A stretch of 64,000 bases of DNA. Origin: Octopus sinensis. Lineage: Eukaryota. The stretch covers positions 49,910,001 to 49,974,000 of the forward strand of contig NC_043014.1 in the NCBI RefSeq assembly GCF_006345805.1, in the 5' to 3' direction. The stretch's first letter is position 1, and the number at the start of each line of letters is the position of its first letter. Below the pieces are notes generated by a model, which searched no databases, was not told the origin of the DNA, and saw only the letters and a program-made list of their open reading frames with translations. Made by a program: the position numbers and the translations under genes. Shown here one piece after another: positions 38,698 through 50,134 of the stretch.

Positions 38698-38811
38698 AAA
38701 ATAGAAATTGCAGAGAAATGTGATTCAGAAAAGTCTGTGATAAACGATGATGACACTCCTGAAGAAGCTGTTTTCAAAGACATCTTCAAACCTCCATCAG
38801 AAAGGTCAAAG
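38698..38811 (+). CDS. RPAP3: RPAP3 coding exon 6
   Basis: Strong polypyrimidine tract, tgcag acceptor and gtaagt donor. Encodes KIEIAEK...KDIFKPPSERSK. Confidence 0.88.
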
Positions 38812-38849
38812 GTAAGTTTTTTTTCTTTCTTTTTTTCATTTTATTTGTT

Positions 38850-40155
38850 AGCATCATCATCATCATCATCATCATCTTCTTCTTCTTCTTCTTCTTCTTC
38901 TTCTTCTTCTCTTTCTTCTTCTTCTTTCTTCTTCTTCTTCTTCTTCTTCTTCTTCTTCTTCTTCTTCTTCTTCTTCTTCTTCCTTGTTCTTCTTCCTCCT
39001 CCGCCTCGTCCTCCTCCTCTTCTTTCTTCTTGTCCCTCCTCCTCCCCCTCCTTCTTTTTCTTCTTTCTTCTTCTTGTTCCTCCTCCTTCTGTCCTCTTCT
39101 TCTGCGTAATGATGATGATGCTTTGCTAAGAGGAAGCCGGTTTAAAAGCAAAGTTGGTCTCAGTAGGGTTTGAACTCAGAGAACACAGACTCGGAACATT
39201 TCCTGCATAGGCACAGACTCATCACAACTGCCATGACACACTTTCTCTAACAACTGCAACAACAACTCTGCCATTTCAATTAAAGTGTGGACAACTTGAC
39301 GTCCTCGATTTACCTCCCTTGATTATTTGCTCTCAGTTTCTGTCTGTCCGTCTCTCTCTCTCTCTCTCTTTCACTTTCACTCTCATTCACTTTCTCTTTC
39401 AGTTTCTCTCTCTTTTGCCTTCTCTCGTTTCTCTTCCCCTCCTTCCCCCTCTCTCTCCTCCTTTCAGCTCTATTCAACACATTTGTTAACCCTTTCGTTA
39501 CCAACCCGGCCAAAACCGGCTCTGGCTCTGTAGTACAAATGTCTTGTTTTCATAAGTTTTGCATCAAAATATACCACCAAACTTTGGAGCAATTTATATT
39601 CCTAATACTAGCTTAATGATAACTAAGTTGTTTTACTAAATTCTTTGTTATATTTAAAATAATTGAAAGAAACACAGAGCATCTCAAAATAGATACGGTA
39701 ATGAAAGGGTTAAGCATGTATTCCCTCTCTGACAAATAATCCTTCACTCAAAAATTCCAACTTCTCCTCCTCCTCCTCTTCCTCCTCATTCTCCTCTTCC
39801 TCCTTTCCTCCTCCTCCTCATTCTCCTCTTCCTCCTTTCCTCCTCATCCTCCTTTCCTCCTCCTCCTCATTCTTCTCTTCCTCCTTTCCTCCTCATCCTC
39901 CTTTCCTCCTCCTCCTCATTCTCCTCTTCCTCCTTTCCTCCTCATCCTCCTTTCCTCCTGCTCATTCTCCTCTTCCTCCTTTCCTCCTCATCCTCCTTTC
40001 CTCCTCCTCCTCATTCTCCTCTTCCTCCTTCTCCTCCTCCTCCCCATTCTCCTCTTCTTCTTCCTCTCCTCCTCCTCCCCCCCCATTCTCCTCTTCTTCT
40101 TCCTCCTCCCCTCCCCCTCCTCCTCGTTCTCCTCTTCCCTCCTCGTCCTCCTCCT
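38850..40155. repeat. (CTT)n, (CT)n and (CCT)n pyrimidine tracts in RPAP3 intron 6
   Basis: Directly visible. Confidence 0.9.
39490..39709. mobile_element. piggyBac-type MITE
   Basis: TTAA|ccctttcgttacc ... ggtaatgaaaggg|TTAA: CCC/GGG termini with a TTAA target duplication. Confidence 0.8.
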
Positions 40156-40292
40156 GGCAAAATCCTTTATTCCACTTTGTGACACGTTTTTTTATTTTTT
40201 TAATTTTTTGTCTCATTTACTGATGCAAACCATCAGTGGTTTTGTTGGATGCCACTGTTTCTCTCTGACATATTTGGTGTTTGTTTGTCCAG

Positions 40293-40778
40293 AAACCCCT
40301 GCGCAGAATTGAAATCGAAGAGATTGGAGTGGAAGAAAAACTGACTCATGATCAACTGAGCGCGAAGATGGAACAGTCACGCAGCAAAGCAGAGCAAAAG
40401 CAGATTAACAAAGACCAACTGTCATTTCAACAGTATACAGGGGATAGCAAAAAAACTCCTCCCAAAATAGAGGAAATTCAACCAAAACCTGCTGAAAAAA
40501 CTCAACCAAAACCAACTGAAAAAACTCAACTAAAACAAACTGAAAAAACCCAACCAAAACCTGCTGAAGAAATTTCCATCAATGCTCCAAGACAAAATTC
40601 TCCTGCAGTTACACCAGATGAAACAAAGTCAACAGAAAAATCAAAAATTCCTTGTGATCAAAGTTTGGTTTGTTCTGTTGATGAAGAAAGCCTTGCTTTC
40701 CAGCCAGATCCAAAGAACTTCCAGTATAATTGGCCTCAAGTGAAGAAAGACTCAAACAAAATTAGCCAATACTTAAAG
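40293..40778 (+). CDS. RPAP3: RPAP3 coding exon 7
   Basis: Encodes KPLRRIEIEEIG (post-TPR motif), a low-complexity linker, then FQYNWPQVKKDSNKISQYLK (start of the RPAP3_C domain). 486 nt, phase 0. Confidence 0.9.
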
Positions 40779-41663
40779 GTGAGTAATTAATCTCTTATTT
40801 ATAATTGAGTGGCTGTGTTGTAAGACGTTTGCTTCCCAACCCAGATGGTTCAATTCCACAGTGTGGTACCCTGAGTAAGTTTACTTCTCTAACCTTGGGT
40901 CAACCAAAGCCTTGTGAATGGATTTGGTAGATGGAAACTGAAAGAAGCCCATCACACGCACACACACATATATATAGACACAGGAGTGGCTGTGTGGTAA
41001 GTAGCTTGCTTACCAACCACATGGTTCCAGGTTCAGTCCGACTGTGTGGCACCTTGGTTAAGTGTCCACTACTATGGCCTCAGGCTTTGTGATCATGTTG
41101 ACATTTGAACTGCAGCACACCATGGCCCCTGCACAAGCTATGTCGATTTGTCAGAAGGACTGAGTTAACATACAAACACAAACATTTGATCCCGATAAAC
41201 AAATCGTCTGTGAAGGTTATTCAGCAAAATATTGCTCAGAATCGTCTTTCTTGGACTTGAGACGCTTACCAAGAAGAAAATACCCAACATGATCAGAGTT
41301 AGAATTGAATATACATTCTCTGTGTGTGTGTGTGTGTGTATACTTTCTCTTTTACTTGTTTCAGTCATTTGACTGCGGCCATGCTGGAGCACCGCCTTTA
41401 GTCGAGCAAATCGACCCCGGGACTTATTCTTTGTAATCCCGGGACTTATTCATCGGTCTCTTTTGCCGAACCGCTAAGTGACGGGGACGTAAACACACCA
41501 GCAATGCTAGGAGGACAAACACAGACACACAAACACACACATATACATATATTTTTTTTTTTTAATTTTATTTTATCTAGTTTCAGCTCACGAGCTGTGG
41601 CCATGCTGGGGCATCGCCATTAAAATTATCGTTGTGCATCGGCTGGGAATATATATATATATG

Positions 41664-41706
<43 letters not shown>

Positions 41707-41918
41707 GACAGGCTTCTTTCAGTTTCCGTCTACCAAATCCACTCAGAAGGCATTGGTCGGCCCGGGGCTGTAGCAGAAGACACTTGCCCAAGATGCCACG
41801 CAGTGGGACTGAACCCGGAACCATGTGGTTGGTTAGCAAGCTACTTACCACACAGCCACTCCTGTGCAAGATATTTTGTTGCCAGTTGGGAATTATTGTG
41901 TTTTGTCTCCATTTTCAG

Positions 41919-42016
41919 GTGTTGAACCCTGAATCATATCCTACCCTCGTCAATCAGTTTATAGATGCGGAAATGGTCACCAAACTCTGTGCTAACCTTC
42001 AAAATGCATTCCCCAG
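41919..42016 (+). CDS. RPAP3: RPAP3 coding exon 8
   Basis: Encodes VLNPESYPTLVNQFIDAEMVTKLCANLQNAFP. ttttcag acceptor and gtaaga donor. Confidence 0.9.
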
Positions 42017-42801
42017 GTAAGATGCCTTATGACTCCTAATATCTAATGTATATATATATATATATGTTTCTTTATTGCTCTCAGGGGGCTAAACATAGAG
42101 GGAACAAACAAGGACAGACAAAGGGATTAAGTCAATTATATCGACCCCAGTGCGAAACTGGTACTTTATTTATCGACTCCGAAAGGATGAAAGGCAAAGT
42201 CGACCTTTGGCAGAATTTGAACTCAGAATGTAACAACAGACGAAATACCGCTAAGCATTTTACCCAGCGTGCTAACGTTTCTGCCAGCTCGCCACCTTAT
42301 CTAATATATATATATATATATATACACACATAAACACACACACACACATGTGAATTTTAACCAAAAAAGGTGAAACAAACCAGAATAAACTGGTAGAAGA
42401 GCAGTGGGGGTTAGATTCTGGTTGTAGAAAATCTCCCTAAATAAACTCCATCTGACCCATGCAAGCATGGAAAAGTAGATGTTAAAACGATGATGATATA
42501 TGTACATATAAATGATAGGGAGGTGGTTTATTAGTTGAAGGTCGGTGATTTGGTTGTCAGTTTTAGCAGATTAAGTAACCATGTAGAGGCCTCTCTCATT
42601 AGCTTCTAAATGGTACTTTAATTCATTAATTATTATTGATAGCTGCAGAAAACAACCATCAACCAAATCACATAAAAAATTCCTTTCTTTTCTACACCAT
42701 CTCTATAAACATAAGTCTCTGAATATATTTACTACTACTACTACTGCTACTACTACTACTATTACTATTACTACTACTACTGCTGTTGCCACCACCACTA
42801 C

Positions 42802-43184
42802 CACTACTTACTTGTACTTGCTGCGACATTCACCCTGGGCGGGTTGAGTCGGCTTCTTCTACTCACGGAAGAAGTTTCGTGGGAATATATAGATTTTCAC
42901 AAGTGGTCCCCAACAATCCCACATGTAGAGACATCCTGTTTGCCGCAGATTGTCCGCAGACACAGGGACAGAACGACCGAGGAGCCGCCGGATGCCGAAG
43001 CAGACACTCCAAGGATTTTCACCAGAGCCCCGTCTGCCGGGTTGTGGCCCTTAATACCACTCGGTGTCAGACCAATCCACCTTGGGTGGCCCTACCAGGA
43101 ACCGAAGTTCCCGACGGCATAGCTCTGACACTACCCGTTGCCAGCGTCCCCACCACGGTGAGGGGGGGATGGACTTCGGGGACG
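42802..43184 (-). mobile_element. GC-rich short non-autonomous RTE derivative (5' UTR joined to 3' tail)
   Basis: Minus strand has agagctatgccgtcggg...cctggtagggccaccc (RTE 5'-UTR-like, from memory) and a caagta-type tail. TSD caccaccactac at 42790 and 43185. Confidence 0.6.
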
Positions 43185-43258
43185 CACCACCACTACTACT
43201 GCTACTGCTACTGGATTTCTATGTAAACCACCAAATTTTTTTTTATCTTTATTTCCAG

Positions 43259-43353
43259 TGATGCTGAATTGATCGTCAAACACCTGTCTCACCTCTGTAA
43301 AGTGAAAAGGTTCCAGATGGCCATAATGTTTCTCAGTTCTTCAGAAAAACAAG
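43259..43353 (+). CDS. RPAP3: RPAP3 coding exon 9
   Basis: Encodes DAELIVKHLSHLCKVKRFQMAIMFLSSSEKQ, containing the KRF.MA.MF RPAP3_C signature. Confidence 0.93.
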
Positions 43354-44135
43354 GTAATTATTTCTCCAGACATTTACCAATATTTCAACTTTGCCCATTT
43401 TGGCATCCAACCCATTAATCATCCTTGAACACACTGCTTCTTAAGTGGTGGCCACCACATGTAGCAGTGTAAAGTTATTGGATATTCCAATTTACATATA
43501 TAATTACTTACTTTTACTTTTTACTTGTTTCAGTCATTAGACTGCGGCCATGCTGGAGCACCGCCTTTAGTCGAGCAAATCGACCCCAGTACTTATTCTA
43601 TCGGTCTCTTTTGCCGAACCGCTAAGTGACGGGGACATAAACACACCAGCATCGGTTGTCAAGCAATGCTAGGGGGACAAACACAGACACACAAACATAT
43701 ACACACACATACACATATATACATATATACGACGGGCTTCTTTCAGTTTCCGTCTACCAAATCCACTCACAAGGCTTTGGTCGGCCCGAGGCTATAGTAG
43801 AAGACACTTGCCCAAGGTGCCGTGCAGTGGGACTGAACCCGGAACCATGTGGTTGGTTAGCAAGCTACTTACCACACAGCCACTCCTGCACCTATGTATG
43901 TATTTTTGTAATAGTACACTTAATCTCTGTTACCAACTTCAACGTAACGACCTGGCCCTCTGGTAACTTTAGTTGGGTCCACTCTGTGGTAAGTATTAGG
44001 ACTAGGGGTCTAGTTTGAGAAATATTACCTCCTTTCTTCCCACCAAACTCAGATGCCCTGAAAACGGCCATTGGCACTACCATTCCTTCTCAGACAAAAC
44101 TGTATTTAATTATTTCTTTTTTTCCCTATTTTCAG

Positions 44136-44227
44136 TGATCAAAGACTTATTCGATTACTTAAAACAACAACCAAATTGTGAAGTCACAGAACTCCAGAGA
44201 ATCAGTAAATTGTTTGGTGTTGGGTGA
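44136..44227 (+). CDS. RPAP3: RPAP3 last coding exon
   Basis: Encodes (V)IKDLFDYLKQQPNCEVTELQRISKLFGVG then TGA. The ten exons sum to 1626 nt (541 aa plus stop). Confidence 0.9.
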
Positions 44228-44360
44228 TAGTAAATAACAAACCAAAGTTTTGATTATATTTTAAATATCATTAAAGGAATGAACTGATACCATTTTTGGA
44301 CAAATGTTTAACTTTGGCATTTTATTTCCTCAAACTGTAACCTGTTCATTTTATTTGTTC

Positions 44361-44366
44361 AATAAA
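44361..44366 (+). terminator. Probable RPAP3 polyadenylation signal
   Basis: AATAAA about 135 nt after the stop, followed by T-rich sequence. Confidence 0.6.
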
Positions 44367-44726
44367 AAATATATTTTCTATATTTTATGAATATTTTTAC
44401 TACTTTATTTAACCCTGACTTATCTGAGATCACCTTTGGTTCTATGACCCAAACTTTCTGATGAAGTCCCTGTAACAAGAGCCCTTATCGAGATTCAGAC
44501 CCTAAATTCTTGATTCACTGCCCATAAATCTGCTGCTTTCACCATTTTGTGTTTTAAACTTTAATAAGAAGCATCGGATGTGGTGTGCAAGAGAGACGAT
44601 TGCACTGAGTCTCGGCTCATACAGCAAATTACTCATATAATGGGGCTCTCATACTGCAAGGTTCTACTTTACAAACTATTGAAGAGAATACAGTTCTGTA
44701 TTTAAGAGATGAGGAATTATGTACAT

Positions 44727-45344
44727 TATTTACATTTGACGGATATTTGTCCTCATCTTGTTTGTTGTTTACATATTTTGGCTGATATACTCTCCAGCCT
44801 TCATCAGGTGTCTTGGGGAAATTTCGAACCTGGGTTCTCATTCCTAAGGTTATTTTTTGATGTTATTATTATTGAACTCGGAATCTTGGGGTTAGTAGCC
44901 TGCGCTCTTAACCACTACACCATATCCCCGTGGGCAATTATGGAGCGAATTTTAGGGTTTATATCCTTCGTTAATATCGGTTCCATATGCTACTCGGAAA
45001 AATTGGCAAGTCTTATAAGTGATGGTAGCTACAGCATATGGGAACCAGTATTAAGGAAGGATAGGAAAATATTAGATTTTTAGCCCTAAAATTCCTTCCA
45101 TAATTGCCTATGGGCATATGGCGTAGTGGTTAAGAGAGCAGGCTACTAACTCCAAGATTCCAAGTTCGATTCCAGGCAGTGACCTGAATAATAATAATGA
45201 TAATAGCATTGAAAAATACCTTAGGAATGAGAACCCAGATTCAAAATTTCCCCAAGACACCTGAAGAAGGCTGAAAGGTATATCAGCCGAAACGTTGTGT
45301 TATCAACAAACAAGATGAGGACAAATATCCGTCAAATGTAAATA
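44727..45344. mobile_element. ~620-bp inverted-repeat element, each arm with a tRNA-like head and hammerhead-type tail
   Basis: Arms at about 44727-44990 and 45033-45344 are reverse complements. Head gggcatatggcgtagtggttaagag...agttcgattcc at 45112-45185. Confidence 0.8.
45256..45301 (+). ncRNA. Minimal type I hammerhead ribozyme motif
   Basis: gacac-CTGAAGA-a-ggctga[aaggtata]tcagcc-GAAA-CG-TT-gtgtt: helix I, core, 6-bp helix II, palindromic ACGT helix III and a GUU site. Confidence 0.7.
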
Positions 45345-45498
45345 TTAAAGAGAAGCTTATAACAACATCAACCAGTTATACTATGCTGCCAACACACACA
45401 CATTTCTATCCCTTCTCAGAGACTGCTATCACCAACATATATGTTCAGGATTTTGAAATTATCAATATTGGGGGCAACTTTACCCCTATATATATATA

Positions 45499-45533
<35 letters not shown>

Positions 45534-45716
45534 TTATATGTATGTATGTATATATATATATATATATATATCATGCTAGCATGGAAAGCGGACGTTAAAT
45601 GATGATGATGATGATGATGATGATTTATAAATAAGGATAATATCGATATTTAAATATCGATATTATCAAGTGGCCAGCATGGGAAAAATACCATACAATG
45701 GTAATAATTTTTTACC

Positions 45717-45886
45717 ACTAAAAATAAGGGTATCTGAGAGACACCACCATGCCGAAATAGCAGTCAAAACCCTGACTCTAAAAACCACGTTAAATGTTCA
45801 TATCGTACCATAACGTGGTTTTTAGAGTCAGGGTTTTGACTGCTATTTCGGCATGGTGGTGTCTCTCAGACACCCTTATTTTTAGT
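45717..45886. repeat. Near-perfect foldback, 76-bp arms, 18-nt loop
   Basis: 45717-45792 and 45811-45886 are reverse complements with one mismatch. Confidence 0.92.
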
Positions 45887-46508
45887 TATATATATTATAT
45901 ATATATATATGTGCACACACACACACACAATATTTCTATATGGATGTGTGAGTGTGTGTATTTGTTTCTCTTAGTCTTGAGATCACATGATAGTAGCAAA
46001 TGGGTTTCACTGTCATACAGGCAGCGTCATTCATTCCCAATATCCTGTGAAACATATCTTGCTGAGAGGGAAAATATTCCCTAGCTTGGAAAAGGTGAAG
46101 GTTGGTGACAGTGAGAGCATCCAGCTGTAGAAATTCTACCTCAATAGATTTCATCCAGCCCATATGAACATGAAAAAGGGGATGATTAAACAATGATGAG
46201 GATGACAATAATAATAATAATAATAATAATAATGATTATTATTATTATTATTATTATTAATAATAATAATAATTAATAATAATAATCCTTTCTACTATAG
46301 GCACAAAGCCTGAAATTTGATGGGAGGGGGACTAGTACTTAATTTATCAACCCTGGAAGGATGAAAAGCAAAGCTGACCTTGAAGGAATTTGAACTCAGA
46401 ACCTAGCGGTAGACGAAATACCGCTAAGCAATGCTAATGATTCTGCCAGCTGGCTGTCTTTATATTATTATTATTATTATTATTATGATTATTATTATAA
46501 TTATTATT

Positions 46509-46544
<36 letters not shown>

Positions 46545-47409
46545 ATAATAATTATCATCATCATCATCATCATGACGATGACGGTGACGGTGATGGTGAT
46601 GGTGACGATGACGATGATGGCGACGACGACGACAACAACAACAACAACATACTTGTTTTTGTTATTGAACTGTGGCTGTTCTAGAGCCCTGCCTTGAAAG
46701 GTTTAGTTGAACAAACAAATCGACCTCAGGACTATTTCTTTAAGTCTGGCATTTATTTTATTGGTCTTTGGAGACAATGGAGTCTGGTGCAGTTCCTGGC
46801 CTAGACAACTCTTGTCGAACCGTCCAACTCATGCCAGCATGGAAAACAGACGTTAAATGATGATGATGACGGGTATAGCCTGTATTTTGCTCAGTATAGA
46901 AGCACCCACCACCACAATCCCTGCCACAAATTTTTGGACAGGGCCCAGTTATCCCTGGTATTAAAACGATTCCTTATATATGTTTTGTGTAGTCGCTCTA
47001 TCTGCTAGAAATAGCAGTGAAACATCCCTCAAACACATACTGCTGTCTTAAATAAAGAGGAAGGCAATGGACAGTGCAATCAGCGATATACAAAAAGACA
47101 CGGATGGTTACAGTTGGTTCGTGTTTGATCATAAGTCTGCTCAAAAAGGACTGACCCAGGGCTAAACAACAACAGCAGTTAGATCACAAATTCCGAAGTC
47201 TATGGATATCATCTGAAAAGTACAAAAATCTCACAGCCCGACACATCGCTAAATACAAACATTAACATAACGGATGTTCCAAGACGAACATAAAATACTT
47301 GATTTTTACCAATTACGAAGAGAAATAAAATTCATGCAAATTCCTCCTTACGTCTCTGACGTTATTCTAATTTCCAAATTCAAAATAATCCGACTTAAAA
47401 ATTATTGTT

Positions 47410-47491
47410 TGGCAGCGATGGGATTCGAACCCACGCCTCCGAAGAGACTGGTGCCTAAAACCAGCGCCTTAGACCACTCGGCCACGCTACC
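47410..47491 (-). tRNA. tRNA-Leu(TAG)
   Basis: GGTAGCGTGGCCGAGTGGTCTAAGGCGCTGGTTTTAGGCACCAGTCTCTTCGGAGGCGTGGGTTCGAATCCCATCGCTGCCA. 82-nt class II cloverleaf with intact stems, A and B boxes, and a T5 Pol III terminator at 47397-47401. Confidence 0.95.
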
Positions 47492-47875
47492 TCACAACAA
47501 AATTTGCTTTAAAAAATAGTCTAATAGTAAATACATCCTTTTTCAAAGCTCCGCTAATTGTATAAACACAAAACATTCGGGAAAGTGCGCGTGTGTATAT
47601 AAATACGTATATATACGTTTAACGGTTGAAATTAGCCTTATTAAATGCATTGGATGGTCACATTTGGAACGGCTGAATCGAAACCATAAATATTATTTGT
47701 ATTATCGAGGATCCAAGGTCCAATCGAGTCACAGGCAATCTTTCGATTCTCCGCTGCCAAATATATATACCATATATATATATATTAGAAATTTACTATA
47801 TATATTTATTGTATGTGTATTTATATCCATCTTTCTCCTCCGCTCTCTTTCTCTCTGTGAGTGTATGTATATGAG

Positions 47876-47909
<34 letters not shown>

Positions 47910-47974
47910 CCTACCTACCTACCTACATACCTATCTATCTACCTATCTATCTACCTACCTATCTATCTATCTAC

Positions 47975-48005
<31 letters not shown>

Positions 48006-48014
48006 CCTACCTAC

Positions 48015-48069
<55 letters not shown>

Positions 48070-48131
48070 CTTACCTACCTATCTATCTATCTACCTATCT
48101 ATCTATCTATCTATCTATCTACCTACCAATC

Positions 48132-48171
<40 letters not shown>

Positions 48172-48184
48172 CCTACCTACCTAC

Positions 48185-48247
<63 letters not shown>

Positions 48248-48306
48248 CCTACCTACCTACCTACCTATCTATCTACCTACCTATCTATCTATCTATCTAT
48301 CTATCT

Positions 48307-48361
<55 letters not shown>
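47876..48361. repeat. (TCTA/CCTA)n followed by (TA)n
   Basis: Directly visible. Confidence 0.97.
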
Positions 48362-48363
<2 letters not shown>

Positions 48364-48665
48364 GTATGTATATATATGTATGTATTACGTATGTATGTAC
48401 CAAGCCTACGACCAAGCCTCTGAACAATTACCCGTTCTGCTAGAAACGGCAGCCAAATACTTCTTAACGTTTTTATGAAGCACGCAGCACGTGCGCACAC
48501 ACAAATACACAGACACACACACACACATTCGATAACCTACCAAGTCTTGGATATACAAAAAAAAGTACAGGTTGTTCAAGGTTGGAACGGTTTTGTTTAA
48601 TTCTTCGAGTGACGCAAAGGAAAATATGACCCGTCCAACCCATGCCGGCATGGTGACGGTGACGG

Positions 48666-48703
<38 letters not shown>

Positions 48704-48718
48704 GTGGTGTGATGATGG

Positions 48719-48756
<38 letters not shown>

Positions 48757-48943
48757 GATGATGATGATGATGACGACGACGACGTCAACGTTGACAAATA
48801 ACAGATCCCTCCAAGGCAAGATGAATAAAAAAACCCATACAGGGAGTCCTCTATGTGGTCAACAAAATTGCAAGAAATGGCAGTCAAATCGTCCTCATAG
48901 CACATCTTTACAGTACTTAAGGTGATGAGGATGTTGATGGCAG

Positions 48944-49447
48944 CAGTAGTAGTAGTAGTAATAGTAGTAGTAATGATAGTAGTAATAATAGTAATAGTAG
49001 TAGTAGTATTAGTAGTAGTAGTAATAGTACTAATAATAGTAGTAGTAATGGTAGTAGTAATAGTAGTAGTAATAATAGTAGTAATAATAGTACTAATAAT
49101 AGTAGTAGTAATAGTAGTAGTAGTAGTAGTAGTAGTAATAGTAGTAATAATAGTAGTAGTAATAGCAATAGTAATAGTAGTAATAGTAGTAGTAATAGTA
49201 GTAGTAATAATAGTAGTAATAATAGTAGTAATAATAGTAGTAATAATAGTAGTAATAATAGTAGTAGTAATAATAGTAGTAATAATAGTAGTAATAATAG
49301 TAGTAGTAATAGCAATAGTAATAGTAGTAGTAATAGTAGTAGTAATAATAGTAGTAATAATAGTAGTAATAATAGTAGTAATAATAGTAGTAGTAATAGT
49401 AGTAGTAATAATAGTAGTAGTAATAGCAGTAGTAATAGTAGTAGTAG
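48944..49447. repeat. (AGT/AAT)n microsatellite, ~500 bp
   Basis: Directly visible. Confidence 0.97.
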
Positions 49448-49564
49448 AAGCAACAGCAACAATATATTGTTGTTGGTGATGACAAGAGTTATCGAACTTG
49501 AAAACAGGAATACAAAAGAGTTCCTATGCTTAAAAAAAAATAAATAAATAATAAATAATAGATC

Positions 49565-49730
49565 CTCCCCCAAACGGAAGCGGAAATAGAGTCGTCGTCG
49601 GCGCAGAAGGGAACAAGAAGAAGACGGCTACTTCCTGTGTGAAGGTGTGTCCCTCCTCTTCTCCTGAATTTGTTTGGAAACCTTCAGCAATTATCCGAGA
49701 GAAGGTTTGTCAGGTTCGTATTGGTATGAC
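49565..49730 (+). promoter_or_regulatory. Probable EXOC2 promoter and non-coding first exon
   Basis: Local CpG enrichment, tandem ETS-like cggaagcggaa and acttcctg, candidate donors (cag|gttcgt, ttg|gtatga), and a DRE-like TATCGATA at 49781. The EXOC2 ATG exon begins with an acceptor at 53655, so an upstream exon is expected. Confidence 0.45.
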
Positions 49731-50134
49731 CACTTATTCCTGAGAGCCTTTATTAATTATTACGATTGTTATTATAATTATATCGATATTTAATTGTCTC
49801 CGAACCAGCTTCTAATTATGTACTGTCGTCATTAGACCCGTTTCTTAATTAATGAAGACCAATTAATATTTGTTATTGTTGTTGTCCAGCGACTTCATAG
49901 AGACAAGAGGCGCCTCTTGTCCTTTGGTTGCTTGGCCCCTCTGTCACTGTACAGCTGAATACCAGACCTATGCATGAATAGTATAAGCAAAAGATGTTCC
50001 GGCCGTGGCCGTCCAGTCTTTTATTTTTATTTTCTCAGAGCTTTATTCAATTTGTCCATGTTTTACGTTTTTATTAACGGCTGCAGGATGTCCATTGAAA
50101 AATGTGTGGCTGTTATTACTAACAGGTCCAACTA

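Noticed and set aside
42786-43261. 146-aa and 92-aa GC-rich ORFs as a nested gene
   Set aside because: Contained within a TSD-flanked retroposon, with no recognisable domain.
45112-45185. tRNA gene candidates at SINE heads (also 10215-10288, 20915-20985, 33888-33960)
   Set aside because: A and B boxes are present but the cloverleaf stems are broken and each continues into a repeat body.
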